From: Balanoglossus misakiensis
Lineage: Eukaryota > Animalia > Hemichordata
Direction of reading: 5' to 3'
Assembly (NCBI GenBank): GCA_040954595.2
Contig: CM082579.2
Span: forward strand, 430,922-494,921
DNA length: 64,000 nt
Shown here one piece after another: positions 56,863 through 64,000 of the stretch (position 1 is the first letter of the stretch; the number at the start of each line of letters is the position of its first letter). Position numbers and translations under genes: made by a program. The notes below the pieces were generated by a model. The model was not told the DNA's origin. It was given only the letters and a program-made list of their open reading frames with translations, and ran no database searches.

Positions 56863-59800
56863 TCAGGATAGTGATGGATAGTCAATCCATTGATAGCCAT
56901 CTACTGCTGACTTCCGGCAATACATCAAGAAGACACTCTCAGCCAGACATAGAATATCATCAAGTGATGAATCATGAAAAACACTGAAAAGAAACAGAGT
57001 GATTGTATTAATTGTTGTCAGTATCACAAAGACACCCATGACTTGCTTGTGTTTTAATACGGGTGATTACTATAGAATGCATTATGGAACTTCAGATTCA
57101 GAAACTCACCCATTGACTGTTTGGAATACATCTGCTGCATCTCCACATTGTAATAAAACTTGTCTGATTTCAATTAAGAATGCCAGGGTAATAAATAGAT
57201 CAAATGAAAAATCGGAGTGTGACTGGACTTCAGATACTCTCATTTTACCACCTTCTGCAATAGAGAATCAATATATCATTATTATTTTCCTAAACTAAAA
57301 CTCCTATAAGAGTCAAAGTAAATGGTCAAGTCTGACTCCATCAAGGTATTACAAGCAGCCAAGTTTGTTCCTGTTATAAATTTACACAGAATGGAATGAG
57401 CAAACCCAGAAGTTAATCTAACTTACCCGCTCTTTCAAAATCCCTTGCTCTCTCCATGTCTCGTTCTCTCTCCGCTAACACTGAATGCAATTCCATGTAA
57501 TTTGAACTGATGACTTCAAAAACTAACAATGCATCCTTGAAAGGGAACTCTCTTTTGAATGACAACATCAACCACCTGTGAATAAAGCAATGCTCAGCCA
57601 TCCATTAAATATGCCAACTCTTGTAATCTACAGTACAACTTCTTGTATTACTGTTAAAGTTAAAGCCATATTCTGATAGGTATCTATATATGTCTTGAGC
57701 AATTACTGGCATCGTAAGACTAGATCTTCACATGGTCCTCTCTCTCCCTCCTCCATCCCCACCACCAACACACACATCAATTTCTGGACACCCCCCACCC
57801 CCAACACACACACATCAGTATGGATTTATTTCTGGACACTTCTCAGGGAAATATCAAGAGACACCCTTACTTGCAGCAATCACGCAATTTGATGTGTTTT
57901 CACTTACCTATGGGCAAACAGGAGATCAGAAACATGACAATCATCCAAATGATTATACAACACTTTGTCTAATTGTCTTAATAATTCTCTTAAAAGATCT
58001 GCAGTGGACAGAAAAAATGTGTTTATTAGTATTACAGTTATTTTGATCAAATTGTGATCATTTCATGGTACATTTGAATCAGAAGTGATCCTGTAAGTAC
58101 TTATTTGAGAAAACATGGGCTCACATACTACAATCGTGGGAATGAGTACATCATAATGTGTTACTAAGTAGTGCTAGGGTTATTATTTTCAAAAGACAGT
58201 GTGTGACCTCACAAGACTTTTTTTGTACTCACTGAGTTTCCTAAGCATTCCTGTTTCCAAAAAGTCGGAGTAGACATCATCCATAAATTTCACAAAACAC
58301 CAATAAGCTTCTACTTCGGAGTCTAATACTACAAGAAATCGACTGAGGACATCATTCATGCCCTGGGCATATCCAACATCTATAAATGAAACAATACAAT
58401 AGTTTATTTTGCTAGTTTTTAACTTCTATTGAGAAGTTTTAGACTTATTGTGTTGTCTGTATAGGAAGAGAACTTACCTGGATGGAATGTTGCATATGTA
58501 ATGAGAATATTTCTGAGAATACCAAGATTTGGATTTTCATCTCCTCTGAAATATGAAGAGAAATTGAATGATAGTCAAATTTATCAGATATGCTTGATAA
58601 TGTAAACAGGGATAAACCTTAGCATGTAAAATGATTATCATAAAAACTTCTATGTTAAATTTCCAAAGGCATTAAACACAACTGCAAAAGTTTCTCAAAC
58701 ATGGTACAAAAAGTTTGTCTGAAATAAAATGAGCAAGATTAGACTTACACGAAATATTCTTGATCTCTATCTGTCCTTGGCACATCTTTGTCAATAACTC
58801 TGATTGCTTTAAGTAATCCTTTTATTTCATAATGCTGACGACCAGCATACACCTGTATGATTATACATGTATATGGGTAAATTAATGTTACCCGAAAGTA
58901 AGTCCTGAAGGGGTACTCTGTGTGGGACATTTCAGAGGTCCACCAAGTGACGTTCTTAGGTCTATGAAATCACCCTTGTGCATATCACATGCATATATCT
59001 GAATTCAGAAGTGTGTATTTCAAATCTGTGAAATCTTCACCTTTGCTTGTATATCTGTAAACTGTTTTTGTTGTTTGACTTCTTCACTCAGTTTGTCATC
59101 ACCGCTCACAGTGATGTTGTTGATAATTTCAAGTTCATCTTCTTTCTCACAACCTGTGTATGATCATACAAGAATTAGAAAAAACTTGGAATCATAATTC
59201 TGGAATTGCATGCCACTGAATGTATGAAATCTACAAAGCTTATCTCACAAATTACATGATTTTATGAAAACAGAAATGCTGTATTTTCCAAGACTGTGTA
59301 AACCAACCTGTCTGTTTACTGTTGTGTGGTAAATAACTGGGATGCAGCAAGTTCTCATTTTCATCAGATTGTTCGAGAGCAGACAACACATCTTTCCATC
59401 TGCTCTTCAAGGCTTGATATCTACAATGGTATTCCAATGCTAGAATCTCTCTTTCACTGAAAGTGAAAAGTAGGTGATAGAAATCAAGTATGAGTTAATC
59501 TTCAATATTGTTATTTCATTCACTACAAACTTTTTCAGATGAAAAATGTTGTGCTGATAATTATCAGAATTATTACCTGGCAGTGGATGAAAATGGAAAT
59601 AAACCAAACAGGAATTTCCATGCATCTCTTCGTACCTCTGGCGAAATGCCACCTGTGAAAATTGCGAGAAAATTATCAAATTATCAAGACAGTACTGTTG
59701 TCTATTGTCATGGTATATTACTGTGAACAGTAAAGTAGGCTACACTTTTTTTGCTGAGGTACCACTTGAATTGAGTAACAGTGTTCATGTTTATTGATTA

Positions 59801-60393
59801 CTATATTGATAATATAGTTACTGGTACATTATATTATATATATAACACTCAAATGAGGTCAAAGAGTGAGGTTTCGTCCAGCATTTTATTAGTACATGTA
59901 TATTACCTTTGAAAACGGCTTCTCTGAAGGACTGTTCATCAACCAATCTACCATCCACATCAAACAATTTGTTGAATTTTGTCCTGTCTAAAGGTTTCTC
60001 TCTGACGATGTTGTGTTCACCTTGATCTTGCCATGGGTCGGAGTAATCAACCTGATATGCCAAAATAAAGCAACCCATGGTCAAAATTTGATCAAGGCTA
60101 TGAATATAACATATATAAGGGAAAAGCGGAAGACTGGTGTATACTTTCAGCTACCACATTTAGTTTAGTGACTCACCATGTTTACAAATAAATATACAAC
60201 GAAGGTGTACATTACATATTGTATTCGGAATGATAGTATAATAGCGTTGTTGATCAATTTCATGTATCACCATGAATTATCTCACTCTTCCTTCCATAGC
60301 AGTAGATTTCTAAGTATAATTCTAGTTAATTTACTGCACCTGTTCAAATGATTCGTCCCAGCTACAAGTTCTTGTAAGCGGAACGTCCGCCAT
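56863..60393 (-). CDS. TBC-domain Rab GTPase-activating protein (Gyp7/TBC1D15-17-25 group; short, no N-terminal PH-like domain), 453 aa
   Basis: Exons 60393-60340, 60051-59907, 59652-59577, 59456-59308, 59153-59041, 58852-58749, 58545-58478, 58379-58233, 57998-57908, 57575-57427, 57254-57110, 56983-56863 (1362 nt). Motifs GGISPEVRRDAWKFLFG, IDKDVPRTDR (Arg finger), GYAQGMND (Gln finger), HRWLMLSFKREF. Exact ortholog not assignable from memory. Confidence 0.9.
57757..57840. repeat. Short intronic duplication (cccc..ccaacacacacatca...atttctggacac, two copies)
   Basis: Two imperfect adjacent copies are visible in a TBC-gene intron. Confidence 0.6.
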
Positions 60394-60867
60394 CCTTGCT
60401 TGAACTGAATTGACCGATTTAGTCGCTACTATATGACAATGTTCGTAGGGGCGTTGAGCTGCCATGTTTTCAAAAATCATTGTCTGATTTTACAGTTATG
60501 CTTCTGTGGTGCGTCAACTTATTTGTTAATGTGAGGCATTTATCCACAATGAACTCAATAATAGCTGAAAGAATTCGTGAAATTGAATACTTGTCCAAAC
60601 TCGTCTACCCGTTTAGCACATAATCCTCGATTATATAATATAGTGGTTTCGTCCACCTGGTGTCAAAGTTGAAATCCGTCATAAGTCACCTGACTAGTTG
60701 TCGCTTTCAAGATCCATGATGAAACATTGACGTGAGTAGGGAGGGTGTCTGCGTAATGAACCAGGCATTTTGCAGTGAATCAAAACAAATACAGCATGCT
60801 ATGCTACCGACCAACTATTTCATGACGTAACGGAACAATTACTTGAGTGCAAACTGCAGACTTAACA
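60394..60867. promoter_or_regulatory. Bidirectional promoter between the TBC gene and LRMDA-like (474 bp between ATGs)
   Basis: GTCACCTGAC at 60685-60694 (CLEAR/E-box-like, one mismatch), TGACGTGA at 60728-60735, TGACGTAA at 60823-60830. Confidence 0.55.
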
Positions 60868-61851
60868 ATGGAAGTACGACACAGGCTATCGCTGGCATTT
60901 CAAGAGCTCACAGACATACCTGACAAGTTTGTCAGGCAACATGCTGATACCTTGGAGGAGTTAGACATTAGCCATAATCAGTTCTCGTATCCTTTTCTTC
61001 ATTTTTTCCATTATTTAGAAAAACAAAACAAAGAAACTAAAGTGACTGCAACAAGTTAATTACCTATTATGCCAAAATTGATCCTTAATACAATTTTACA
61101 GAGAGCTGCGGTTCTTAGAAAACTTCAAACAACTAAACACTCTCATTCTGGACAATAACAACATCAAATCCCACACAAAGTTTCCACCCCTTCAAAAACT
61201 GACCACTCTTTGGGTCAATCACAACAAAATAGCAAACTTGACAGTTTTCGTGGATACTTTGGCGAAGTCATTTCCACAGTTACAATATCTGTGTATGATG
61301 AACAACCCTGCAGCTCCAAGTTACTTCAATGGTGGAACTTACCAGCAATATAGAGATTACAGGTTTGATATTGCTTTGCCTCATACAAGCTAATAAGTGT
61401 ATCAAGTTTTCTTTCATTTCCTTCAGCAACTGTTTACATTATTTCCAATATGAACCCAGCTTACACACTCCTACAAATTTTGTATCACAGCAAATGGAGT
61501 TATTCTTTTACAGACAATATGTCATCAGTCAGCTACCACATCTACAAGTTCTAGATGATAACAAAATTGACAAAGATGAAAGAAAAGAAGCAGAGAGAAT
61601 TTATAAGCACCTTCCTGTGCCAAGTCCCAGCACCAGTAGTACTCCTAAAAAGAAGGTAATAATCAAATGCACTCAAGATGAGCTTTATGCACATGGTTTT
61701 GTTTGTTGGTCTGTTTGAATGCAAAGGTTTACTTATTGTTCAACTATTAATTGCAGGTATAAAATTATACCATAAATGTGTTTTTCTTACTTCACAGAAA
61801 TCCAAGAGAAGAAAATCTAACATGACTACTGACAACACAGATGTCACATGA
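60868..61851 (+). CDS. LRMDA: Leucine-rich melanocyte differentiation-associated protein-like (LRMDA/C10orf11 family; LRR plus LRRcap), 191 aa
   Basis: Exons 60868-60986, 61102-61362, 61514-61655, 61798-61851 (576 nt). Motifs LEELDISHN, LNTLILDNN, LTTLWVNHNKI, FPQLQYLCMMNNPAAP, YRDYRQYVISQLPHLQVLDD..ERKEAERIY. May be a paralog rather than the strict ortholog. Confidence 0.82.
60987..61101 (+). other. U12-type (minor spliceosome) GT-AG intron
   Basis: 5' splice site GTATCCTTTT; branch site TCCTTAAT at 61082-61089, about 12 nt before the AG; removal restores the frame (TC|A = Ser). Confidence 0.9.
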
Positions 61852-62425
61852 CAGTCTTATAACATCCACCCACTGTGCTTGAAAGATTAATACCTTATTA
61901 GGTTGCACAGACCATATTGGTCTTCCCAGGAAGCAGTGTTGAAAAGACATTGCTGAAACCCTTGAGATATTTTGAATGTCAAAAATGTAGTTTTGAATTA
62001 TTGAAATTGACATCTGATTACCTTATTCATTTTAGATGGTAAATGGCTTACCCGGGTACATATAAATATATGGATTGGTGGATCTGTAACTAAGTTCATT
62101 CTGCTTGGTCACCGAGGTATTGTGATCAATGCAATGCAAGACAAGACATACCAAACAGAAAGTATAAAAAGAGTTATGGAATTTATTCACATTTTAATTG
62201 GAATTCTCTAATTACAAAATAAATGAAGTTTCTCAGAATCCAAAGTAGTTATAGGATTTATTTTAAATACAAAAGCTATGACACTACTGATCTCTCTTCT
62301 TCAGAATAAATTTGGATACACTTGAACCTTGACTGAAAGAATGAACACTCAAATTAACAGGTGAATTGATGGCAGCTGTCTTGACAGCATATACAGGTGA
62401 GGGATATAGCACAAAAGACTTATTT

Positions 62426-64000
<1,575 letters not shown>

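Overview
This is eukaryotic (metazoan) genomic DNA, AT-rich with short spliceosomal introns; an invertebrate deuterostome is my inference from protein similarity and gene structure. I reconstructed nine genes exon by exon, and every complete model closes in frame. Order: FAM181 (-, 5' part only, missed by the ORF track); about 10 kb of CpG-rich non-coding DNA; FRMPD4/Preso-like (-, 16 coding exons, ~1813 aa); PRCP (+); SCOC (+); UNC50 (-); COA5 (+); a short TBC RabGAP (-); LRMDA-like (+, with a U12 intron); WDR61/SKIC8 (-, 3' part). The last 20 kb is a very compact cluster with three head-to-head promoters and three tail-to-tail junctions whose poly(A) signals abut or cross. Best leads: (1) the divergent TBC-GAP/LRMDA-like pair, with a LIR-like motif that an alternative ATG exon could remove; (2) FAM181-PRCP and UNC50-COA5 microsynteny shared with human; (3) Sox/TCF and TEAD motif clusters upstream of FAM181; (4) a GC-AG intron, a U12 intron and a 26-nt micro-exon. 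I found no prokaryotic, CRISPR or intact transposase system. Family assignments come from recalled motifs, not database searches.
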